Shown here: positions 10,869 to 20,000 of the stretch, piece after piece
How positions within the stretch are numbered: position 1 is the stretch's first letter
How the letters are laid out: each line of letters starts with the position of its first letter
The notes under the pieces: model-generated
The model's input: only the letters and a program-made list of their open reading frames with translations
What the model was told of the DNA's origin: nothing
Databases searched by the model: none
Assembly: GCA_015055815.1 (NCBI GenBank)
Contig: SVHM01000004.1
Location: 12,025-76,024 of the forward strand
Direction of reading: 5' to 3'
Source: Clostridiales bacterium
GTDB lineage: Bacteria; Bacillota; Clostridia; Christensenellales; UBA1242
DNA length: 64,000 nt
Made by a program: the position numbers and the translations under genes

Positions 10869-10918
10869 TATCCAATTTTTCAACCACTAAGAGATAAAAA
10901 AAGGCTAGAAATCTAGCC

Positions 10919-11992
10919 TTAAAATACTTCTTCAATAACCCCACCACCAAGACAATCTGTTTCTGTATAAAACACCACATACTGCCCCGGAGTTACTGCT
11001 CTTTGTTTCTCAGCAAAGTCAACTCTAACCCTATCTTTTTCTATTGTCACAGTTACTTTTTGGTCGGGTTGACGGTATCTAAATTTTGCAAAGCACTCAA
11101 ATGTTTTTGTCTCTGGCTCTTCAGGTATCCAATTAATTTTATATGAAACAAGCCCATTTGAAAATAACTCCTCCCCTTCACCTTGAGAGACAATCAATTT
11201 ATTTTCTTTAACATTTTTATCAACGACAAACCATCTCTCACCATTACCATCTTTTGTTCCGCCAATATTAAGCCCCCTACGTTGACCTAACGTATAGTAA
11301 ATCACCCCTTCATGCTCTCCGACAACATTTCCATTGGTATCTACTATTTGCCCCTTATTACACGGCAAATAAGACTTTAAAAAGGCTCTAAACCTTTTCT
11401 CACCAATAAAACAAATACCTGTACTATCCTTCTTCTGTGCAGTAGAAAGACCATTCTCGTCGGCAATCTTTCTAACTTCACTCTTATCTAAGTCTCCAAG
11501 TGGGAAAAGTACATCTTTTAGTTGGTCTTGATTTAATTGGTTAAGAAAATACGTTTGGTCTTTACCATTATCTTTTGCCTTCATAAGATATGTTTTCCCA
11601 TCCCTTTTCTCAACCTTAGCATAATGCCCAGTTGCTATATAATCAGCACCTAATTCTTTTGCATATTTTAGAAAGGGACCGAACTTAATTTCTCTATTAC
11701 AAAGAACATCAGGATTAGGTGTTCTACCTTTACCATACTCTTCCAAAAAGTAACTAAAAACCCTATCTAAATATTCTTTAGCAAAATTAACTGTATAATA
11801 CGGAATATTAAGTTTATTACAAACTCTTTTTACATCTTCATAATCTGTTACAGCAGTACAAACCCCGTCATCATCATCTTCTTCCCAATTATGCATAAAA
11901 AGTCCAATCACTTCATGCCCAGCATTTTTAAGAAGAAGTGCAGCAACAGAACTATCTACTCCACCTGACATTCCCACAACTACTTTAGCCAT
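10919..11992 (-). CDS. mnmA: tRNA-specific 2-thiouridylase
   Basis: [44 protein letters not shown]. Confidence 0.98.
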   Translation of the reverse strand: MAKVVVGMSGGVDSSVAALLLKNAGHEVIGLFMHNWEEDDDDGVCTAVTDYEDVKRVCNKLNIPYYTVNFAKEYLDRVFSYFLEEYGKGRTPNPDVLCNREIKFGPFLKYAKELGADYIATGHYAKVEKRDGKTYLMKAKDNGKDQTYFLNQLNQDQLKDVLFPLGDLDKSEVRKIADENGLSTAQKKDSTGICFIGEKRFRAFLKSYLPCNKGQIVDTNGNVVGEHEGVIYYTLGQRRGLNIGGTKDGNGERWFVVDKNVKENKLIVSQGEGEELFSNGLVSYKINWIPEEPETKTFECFAKFRYRQPDQKVTVTIEKDRVRVDFAEKQRAVTPGQYVVFYTETDCLGGGVIEEVF

Positions 11993-12452
11993 TCTTTTCT
12001 CCTTTTTCAGCTAAAACTACAGGTATTTTCATTTTCTTTATAAGAACATTAATAATATCGCTTATCCATAAAATAACATTAATTGCACCCGCATATCCAA
12101 CTATTTGGTAAACAATATTAAAAAAGCCTAAAAACTGAACTCCAACAAATGTTAAAATTACAAACAAAACAAATAATGACATAGAAACTATAGAGTATAT
12201 CCCCCTATAAAGTCTATTAATATATAAATGATTTACACCAAATACACCCAAGAAAATAGTAAACAAAATAAGTTTCAATCTTTCTACATCTTTAGGAACA
12301 ATAGTTGTAAAATGAATTAAATCGGAATTGGCTTCTTTTCTTACTTTTTTTACCTTTTTATTGCTAGCATTATAAATTTGTTCATCAGTAATGTTACAAT
12401 ATTGGCACAATTGTTTATTAACCATTTTTGCGCCACAAATAGGACATCTCAT
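11985..12452 (-). CDS. Zinc-ribbon plus TM2-domain membrane protein
   Basis: CPIC..CQYC; [13 protein letters not shown] and WISDII TM2 pattern; overlaps the mnmA start. Confidence 0.75.
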   Translation of the reverse strand: MRCPICGAKMVNKQLCQYCNITDEQIYNASNKKVKKVRKEANSDLIHFTTIVPKDVERLKLILFTIFLGVFGVNHLYINRLYRGIYSIVSMSLFVLFVILTFVGVQFLGFFNIVYQIVGYAGAINVILWISDIINVLIKKMKIPVVLAEKGEKNG

Positions 12453-12557
12453 ATAAACTCCTAAATATAAATTATCTACATATAATATTTTAACATGTCT
12501 TAGATATTATTACAAATAATACACAAAAAAATGCAAGTAAAACTTGCATTTTTCTAA

Positions 12558-12803
12558 TTAATTATTTGAGCCAGAAATTATCTTTTTGATTTCCTTCAAA
12601 TTACCCAAAGTTAATTCTTCATCAATTTCCTTATAAGCATTTTTGAAAGCGTCTTTTTTCTCTTTAGAGACATCAGGCTTACTCAAAACATAATCTCTAA
12701 CTTTTCTAGCAAACTCCACAACTTCTTCTTTAGTTGTAAAATTAACTTCAGTAATAATTCTTTCAATAACTTCAAACTTATAAATATTTGGATTTTTTGC
12801 CAT
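12558..12803 (-). CDS. Small helical hypothetical protein (81 aa)
   Basis: AAGGAAGGGA RBS, upstream TTGACA/TATAAT, downstream hairpin AAAATGCAAGT/ACTTGCATTTT. Confidence 0.8.
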   Translation of the reverse strand: MAKNPNIYKFEVIERIITEVNFTTKEEVVEFARKVRDYVLSKPDVSKEKKDAFKNAYKEIDEELTLGNLKEIKKIISGSNN

Positions 12804-12871
12804 AACATCCCTTCCTTAATAAATATCTAATAATATTATATATCAATTTTTCAATTTGTCAAGAGTACAAA

Positions 12872-15800
12872 TTATTCCATCACATTTGATTTTTCTAATT
12901 CCTGCCAAACCATATTTTTTAATTGCTTTTTTGCATTTTCTATAGCTTGTTCTCTACCGGCACGGCCTTTATAACGATCAAATAAAGCCATGCCATACTT
13001 ATTTGATTCAATAATTAGATTAAATTTTTCTTCATAATTAACACCTGTGCAATCTTTCAACGAATCGGATTTGGAAATTTCATCAGCAAGACGCTTTAAA
13101 AATTTACCATCCTCTTCTGCTACATACAAATCAAGTTCATCACTATTAACAAGTGTCCCGGTAAAAGCTTTCTTTGATGCATAATCATTATCCAAAATAG
13201 CCATCATTTCTTTAGGATCTTTTCCTTCTAAACTTTTTATAAGCTCAGGTTTAAATTGTCCACCATAATGAAGTTCTCCCTTCGCATCTTTAGTCGATAT
13301 CATTCCCACCAAACCTACAGCAAGACTATGATCAATACTAGTAAATACCTTAACTATTAACGATATAGAAGTTTCGTCAAATGGTGGAGATATTCGCAAA
13401 TTCTTAGAAATCTCATCGCCAGTTATGTCAAATGAAGGATTACTCATTTTTGCATATAACACTTGTTGTAAATAACCAATTTTATTACATCTTATTGTTT
13501 TTCCATCAACTATGGTATCAAAAGAAGATTCATCTTTACCAAATGCCAATAAATTAAACACCTTTTGATAAAGTTTTATTTCTTCATAAGCAGTTTCTTT
13601 ATCTCTCAAAACCTTTGCCCTATCTTCTTCTGATAAAGAATCTATCCCCGTAATCTTAATAGAATTATAAAAACTTTCTGCTTTAGCTGCTAATATTTGC
13701 CCCATTCTATAGAACGCAGCTTTTTCCATTAACTCCGAACCTTTTACTCGTTCTGAAGTTGCATGAGCATCACCACCAACAGGTGTAGACGTTTCAGGCT
13801 TTGGTGGTGTACTAGCTGATGCACCGTCAAGTCTTGGAGATGGTGTCTCGCCAAGAACTTCTGCAATAGGTTTTATATCTGCTACTCCCATTCTAACAAG
13901 TACTTCATGTGCTCTTCTAATATCTACCCCTGCTTTTTCAATTGTTTGGTTTGCATTAGCTTTTGTTGTCCCATCAACATCTGGCATTGCTTGTAATCTA
14001 CTATTTTTAGCAATCGCACTGGCAATTTTTCTACTTGCTTCAGCAAAGTTTTCTTTAGCCCTGTCTATATCTCCTGATTTAGCAGCTAATTCTACTGCAG
14101 TTGCTGCTGCCCCCGCCTCACTTGCTTCAGACATAATTTCCTTAGCCAAGTCTGCTGGAGATAATAATGAACTTCCAGAAGCAGCATGTGAAGCAGCCTC
14201 ATCTGCTCTAGGAGCAACGTGCGGTGTAGCAGAATGTGGAGCCATCATAAATAAATTTTTCGTTTCATCACCTAGAGACAAGTCATTAAAATTAACCTTA
14301 TGTCTATCCATTAAAGTTTCTATAGTATTCTTAGCTTCTTCTATTTTCTGATCAGCACTTAATTTATGTTCATCAGCATTCGGTCTAGTTTCAAGTAGTT
14401 TTCTTAATTTAATTGCACTGGCTAATTTTTTATATGCCATTTCACAAGTTTTCTTAACTAAAAGTTTTTTATCTTCATCTTTATCAAGTTTTGCTAATTC
14501 TCCTTGAATATTAGTAGAATTAATCACATCATTAGCAATTTCTACTATATCTGCTAATAATTCTTTAGCAGTTCTATCTGCACCTTCTATAATCTCTTCT
14601 TTACTCTCTACCTTGGACTCTTTACCTTGTTGCATTATCTGAATATTTTTGATTGCTTTTTCAAGTTCTTCAAGATATTTAATACCAGCTTTTGCGTTAA
14701 ATGGTTTCATTTTCTTCTGATAACCTTTAACGTCAAACTCTTTCTTATCACCAAGTTTTATGTATTTATCCGTTTTTTGTTGAGAATAAGATTTCTTAAG
14801 ATCTGCATCATTAACATTTTCGACTTCTGCATTATCTTTATGTCTTTCCCAAGCTAACATTTGACGTTGTAATTTATCTTTATTAACACTATTAAATTTA
14901 TCAATAAGTTCTTGCGCATCTATTACTTTTTGTTCTGGTACATCTTCGTTATTAGACACTTTTACCAATACTTTACGAGCTTCTTCAACTTCTTTTATAA
15001 GCAACTCTTCAGCTTTTATCACTTTAAGCTCTTTAACTGCATCTTCTTTTAATTTGCTATAATACTTATTAGTACTAGAGCCTTCTTTTTTGCCTGCAAG
15101 TACACTATCTTCCAAAGCTTCAAAGAATTGATTATAGTTTGAAGATTTTGTTTTTTCAGATTGTCCACGATATTTATCTATATGAGTTTTTATAGCAGTA
15201 GTTTTTTCATCATCGCTAAGACCTTCTACTTTCTTTGAGAAAATTTCAAATAAATCTTCAAAATATCCCAATCGGTATATTGCACCTTGCGGAAACTCTA
15301 TATCTGATTTACCTTCAGTAGTTAAAACATCATGTTTAGCATCAATTTCGTATGCATCTGGAATTTTTCCATCATTAGATAAAACCGCTTCACTTTTAGA
15401 CATTTCAACATTAACTTCTTCCAATTCTTTTGAAATAAACTCATTTAAATCACCATCTATTGAAATTAATTCTGCGTCTCTTAATTCATCTTCAGTTAAT
15501 GTTCTAGGATCTTTCTCATTATCTTTGCAAAATCTATGAATTTTTGCTTCTCGCAACGCATCTGTTCTTAATTTTATCAAATGTTCATCATTGTATGTAG
15601 GATCTTCTAGTTGTTTTAGTAAAGAATCAAACAACTCATCAGTTAAAAATGGATCACTGGAAGATTTTAACTCTTCTATTTTCTCTTTTGCAACTTCAAT
15701 TCCCAAGTCTTTTAAATTGGCATATAAACGATTGTAAGCACCCCACATTTCTAAATTAAATACTGAACTAAATTCATCTTCTTCAATAGTAGGGTCAACG

Positions 15801-16957
15801 CCCGCATTTATTACACCATATCTCTCATCCCTTTCCATAACGGGAACTCCTTCAGCTTCGCTCTCTACCGTTGGAGTCTCGAATTTGAATGTTGGGTCGA
15901 ATTTTTGTATGCCTTTTTCAATTGCAAGTGTTACAACTGAAGACGTAGATAATTTTTTAGTATTTACAAATTCAACCAAAAAATCCTTAATTTGACCTTC
16001 AGATATAACCCCTTCTAATTGTTTTATAGAATTTAAAACATATTCTTCAACAAACTCTTTATCAGAACTAATTTTTCCCTCAATCTCACAAAGTTGACTT
16101 AAAGCTACTTTTACTCTATATTGTCTAGGATTACTTAGTATTTCTGAAAATGATTTACCTTCAAATGCTGAAACATCATTACCACTTTCTTTAGCCATGG
16201 CTAAAATCGTATTAAATAAACTTTCAGCAGTAATCTCCACACTTTCGCCTCTAGAAGTAGATTTATTCAAATAACCATTAACAAATCTATTCAAATGCTC
16301 TCCTCTCAATACACCACTTTTTAACAATGCAAATGGAAGAGCACTAGCTTCCGCTGAGTTTATTTCTGATACAAATGTAAAGCTTTGAGATTTCGCATCA
16401 TAAACCATATTATAGCCAAAAATTTTAATAACATCTATTATTTTTACAATCTCATCATTCAAACCAAAATACATTCTGCTATTTGCTTTATTTTTAAGGT
16501 TTTCGGATGATAGTTCAATTTGCTCACAAAGATTTTCTAATTCTTCTTTTATTTTATCAAAACCACGTGCTGAATCTGAATCTTTAATTACTCCCAATTC
16601 ACCCATTACAGCTACAGGAATTCCGACAAGTTTACTTGTATATCTTCTAGCTTTCATTTTTCTGTATAGCGTTTTTAATTTTGTTAATGACTCATCGTCC
16701 ACCATGTCTTTTTCAAGCAATGAGCAAACCTTGTTAATAATTTTAGGTATACCAGCATAACGTATATAATCTCTTTCCATAGAGTATTGTAAACTTCTAA
16801 AATCATCTTTTAACTTCGTTCTAACCTCAATCTTGTTACTTCCTAAAAATTCAGTATCTGCACTACTATCTGTTGAATAATAAATAATATTATTAGCCAC
16901 TATATCCTTGTCTTTTATCATCTCAACAAATTTTGCATTTTTAATTGTTCCCGCCAT
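12872..16957 (-). CDS. Giant hypothetical protein A (1361 aa), candidate T4SS substrate or accessory protein
   Basis: 4 kb uninterrupted ORF with AAGGA RBS; charged and helical, A/S/P-rich internal segment; no signal peptide or TM seen. Confidence 0.85.
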   Translation of the reverse strand: MAGTIKNAKFVEMIKDKDIVANNIIYYSTDSSADTEFLGSNKIEVRTKLKDDFRSLQYSMERDYIRYAGIPKIINKVCSLLEKDMVDDESLTKLKTLYRKMKARRYTSKLVGIPVAVMGELGVIKDSDSARGFDKIKEELENLCEQIELSSENLKNKANSRMYFGLNDEIVKIIDVIKIFGYNMVYDAKSQSFTFVSEINSAEASALPFALLKSGVLRGEHLNRFVNGYLNKSTSRGESVEITAESLFNTILAMAKESGNDVSAFEGKSFSEILSNPRQYRVKVALSQLCEIEGKISSDKEFVEEYVLNSIKQLEGVISEGQIKDFLVEFVNTKKLSTSSVVTLAIEKGIQKFDPTFKFETPTVESEAEGVPVMERDERYGVINAGVDPTIEEDEFSSVFNLEMWGAYNRLYANLKDLGIEVAKEKIEELKSSSDPFLTDELFDSLLKQLEDPTYNDEHLIKLRTDALREAKIHRFCKDNEKDPRTLTEDELRDAELISIDGDLNEFISKELEEVNVEMSKSEAVLSNDGKIPDAYEIDAKHDVLTTEGKSDIEFPQGAIYRLGYFEDLFEIFSKKVEGLSDDEKTTAIKTHIDKYRGQSEKTKSSNYNQFFEALEDSVLAGKKEGSSTNKYYSKLKEDAVKELKVIKAEELLIKEVEEARKVLVKVSNNEDVPEQKVIDAQELIDKFNSVNKDKLQRQMLAWERHKDNAEVENVNDADLKKSYSQQKTDKYIKLGDKKEFDVKGYQKKMKPFNAKAGIKYLEELEKAIKNIQIMQQGKESKVESKEEIIEGADRTAKELLADIVEIANDVINSTNIQGELAKLDKDEDKKLLVKKTCEMAYKKLASAIKLRKLLETRPNADEHKLSADQKIEEAKNTIETLMDRHKVNFNDLSLGDETKNLFMMAPHSATPHVAPRADEAASHAASGSSLLSPADLAKEIMSEASEAGAAATAVELAAKSGDIDRAKENFAEASRKIASAIAKNSRLQAMPDVDGTTKANANQTIEKAGVDIRRAHEVLVRMGVADIKPIAEVLGETPSPRLDGASASTPPKPETSTPVGGDAHATSERVKGSELMEKAAFYRMGQILAAKAESFYNSIKITGIDSLSEEDRAKVLRDKETAYEEIKLYQKVFNLLAFGKDESSFDTIVDGKTIRCNKIGYLQQVLYAKMSNPSFDITGDEISKNLRISPPFDETSISLIVKVFTSIDHSLAVGLVGMISTKDAKGELHYGGQFKPELIKSLEGKDPKEMMAILDNDYASKKAFTGTLVNSDELDLYVAEEDGKFLKRLADEISKSDSLKDCTGVNYEEKFNLIIESNKYGMALFDRYKGRAGREQAIENAKKQLKNMVWQELEKSNVME

Positions 16958-16982
16958 ATTCTTTTCCTTTTTAAATTAGATT

Positions 16983-17037
16983 TTGAAGTGCAAATCTAGT
17001 ATATTTTTATTATAACATACTTAGATTTGCATTTCAA
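16983..17037 (-). promoter_or_regulatory. Sigma-A promoter of giant gene A embedded in a ~20-bp inverted repeat
   Basis: Minus-strand TTGAAA (17032-17037)-17-TATAAT (17009-17014) with extended TG; arms TTGAAGTGCAAATCTAGTAT and ATACTTAGATTTGCATTTCAA. Confidence 0.7.
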
Positions 17038-17047
17038 TACCCACTTA

Positions 17048-20000
17048 TCATTCTACTTGTTCTAATTTTTTCTTATTGAAATAATCTTCGAAACATCTTT
17101 GAACAGTTAAGACTCCTTCTTTATAGAAGATATCTCTATTAAGTGCTTTTTGCATATCTGTAGGAGTTTTTAATCTATTGATAGTTTCCAAAACTGTTGA
17201 AATGTTATCACCAATTTTGAACACATGACCTTTATCTGTTTCAGTAATTGATGAGAAACTTGCAAATAGGTTTATTCCAAGTTCTGCAACATTTAATCTA
17301 TCTGCGACTATTTCAATATTTTTTACAACATCAACAAGTTCTTCATGTTGACAAAGTTCGCTTACAACATAAGCAAAAGGTCCAAGTTCGTGGTCTTTGT
17401 CTACAATATATCTAAACAAATATTGTTGCATGAAACCTTTGATATTACATACAATTGATTGGTTGTTTGGAAGTGCAATTTCCAAATCTTTCTCTGGATT
17501 TTTCTTATTAGGAAGTTCGCCAACAAATTCAAGAAGTTTTCCTACTTCTTCCATTTCAGATAAAACAATTGCGTTGGTTTCATTTTTAATAGCTTTGTTA
17601 AAGCCTTCTTGAATTCCCCTAAAGATTACGTCAATATTTTGAATTCTTACTTTTTCTTTTAAAGTAGTATTTTCTTCTTCATCTTCCGCTTCTGCACGAT
17701 ATTCTTCTAGGTCAACAATCTTTTCAAGATTTAATTCAAAGTATTTAGCAATTTCTCTTTCATAGCCATTTACTTGAATTTTATCTCTAATTTTTGCTAG
17801 TAATTGACTTCTTAATTTCTTTTTATAATCGGCATAATATGTGCTAAGGCTTTCTGATACTATCCTTTCATCTTGAGACATTTTTTCAAACAATTCAAAC
17901 AACGCATAGTATAAATACAATGTTTGATATGCTTCAATATCTTCAATGCTAGCATAAATTTCTGGATGCGGATTAACCAAATCTTCTGATTTTGTATTAA
18001 AGTCAGTCTCAAGAATATCTAGAGCATCTACTTTTTCTTCTTTAGTTTTCTTATCAAAGCTATTCGATTCCCAAATAGTCTTATTGATATAAAGAACTTT
18101 ATTGAAATGACCGTTAAACTCGTTATTTACATGGGCTATATAATCTACCACTCTTTCACATTTAGACATCATTACATTTCTAATAACTTGGGTAATAATG
18201 CTAATGCTATCTTCTGGGAAATCATTAAATTTCTCATTAATCTTATTTAAAGATAATAGTCCATCTTGATAGAAATCTTCTTTAAGTTGAGTTTTACCTG
18301 GTTCTAAACCATATTTAAAACCAAACGCCATTAGGAAGTAATATTCTTTTATTCTAGATTTATCTAAAACAAATCCCCTTCTTACAAACCATTTATCGTC
18401 TTCGTAATCATAAGTAATGTCTTCAGCGCTTATTTCTTTTTTCTCTTTTTCTTTGCTTGCAAATTTTACAAGGTTTGTTACTGGCTTTTTAGTTTCATCA
18501 ACAAGGACAGTAGCCTTAATATCTATCGTTTGGCTTAATGCATCAATCAAATTTTCCATAAACTTAACACCACTATTAAGTGTAAATGGTTTTAGTTTAA
18601 GAAGAAGTTTATTGTATGCGCCATTGAATTTATATAATATACCAAATAGATTAACAACTTTATTTCCAGACAAATCTGCTTGGTTGCCTGTTGTCAACAT
18701 TTCGTTTTGTTCAAATGACAAGTTCTTACCCGATTTAAGTCTTTTATCTGCACAATTTTTCTGTCTAAAGAAAATTGCTCTTGGGTATGTATCAAAACCG
18801 TTTTCTTTTTCATCTTCATTTTGAATTATAACGTTTTGAGCCTTGATAGAGAAACTTAAATAGTCGCCCATTCTTTCATATGCTTCATCACTTGAAAGAC
18901 TAACTTTTGGTATCTCTCCACTTTCAATCTTTGCAATAAGTGAATTAATATATGATTGCTTCATTTTACTAGAATATGCTTCAAAAGTTCTTCTAACACT
19001 TCCGTCTGTCATAATTGCTTTGGCAACTGTAGCGATAATTGTTGCTGATGACATTACGTTATCTTTAACATTATCTGGAATATAGTTTTCTAGGTCTCCT
19101 GCAAATCTATGTTCTATTAAATCTTTAAGCAAATTATAATCGATTGTATCGATAAGTTCTTTATAGTCTTCAATAATTGTATCAATAATATTTTGTGGAA
19201 TATATTGAGCCAAGAACTTTCTAACGTCACCCGTATAATCAAACTTTGTAAGATTACTATCAAGTGTAGCAAAGCCCGACTTTTTCATGGCAACTTTTAC
19301 ATATCTAATATGAATATCGTTTATTATCTGTTCTGGAGTTTGAATTTGTGCTTTCTTTCCATCAATATATGTATAAAGTACGTTATTATCAGTAGTCAAC
19401 AAGAACTTATATCTATCATATGTAGCATAACCTTCCATCGCATTACCATAAACAGTAACACCTTTATCTTCGTATCCAACAATATATGGAATAATACATG
19501 GCTCTACATTATCACTTACAAAATCAAAGTTTTGATACTCTTCATTGTTATTTTTTGAGTTATTTGTATTCACTTGACTACTTCCCCCTGAAACGACTGG
19601 TGTCGCTGGTGCTACTACTACTGGAGTTGAAGCAACAACTGGTGTACTCACTACTTGAGTTGGAGTCGCACTAACAACAGGAGCTGGAGCAACCGTTTGC
19701 ACAGGAGCGCTTGCTACAGGTGTTGGAGTTGATGCTATTACATTACTACTAACCGAACTAGCAATTGGAGTTGCAACAGGAGCTACTGGAGCCACAGGCC
19801 TAACAATGCTTGCCCCACCACCAAGCGGACTACGCATAGGTGCTTGTGGAATTGGTTGTTGAACTGGATATCCTTGTGGATATGGTTGTGATGGATACGG
19901 ATTTTGCGGATATGGTGCATTAATTCCAAATGTTGGTCCACCAAGCGGAATTGTAGGCGATGCAACATTTCCATAGTTTTGTGGAATATTAGGCATTGGC

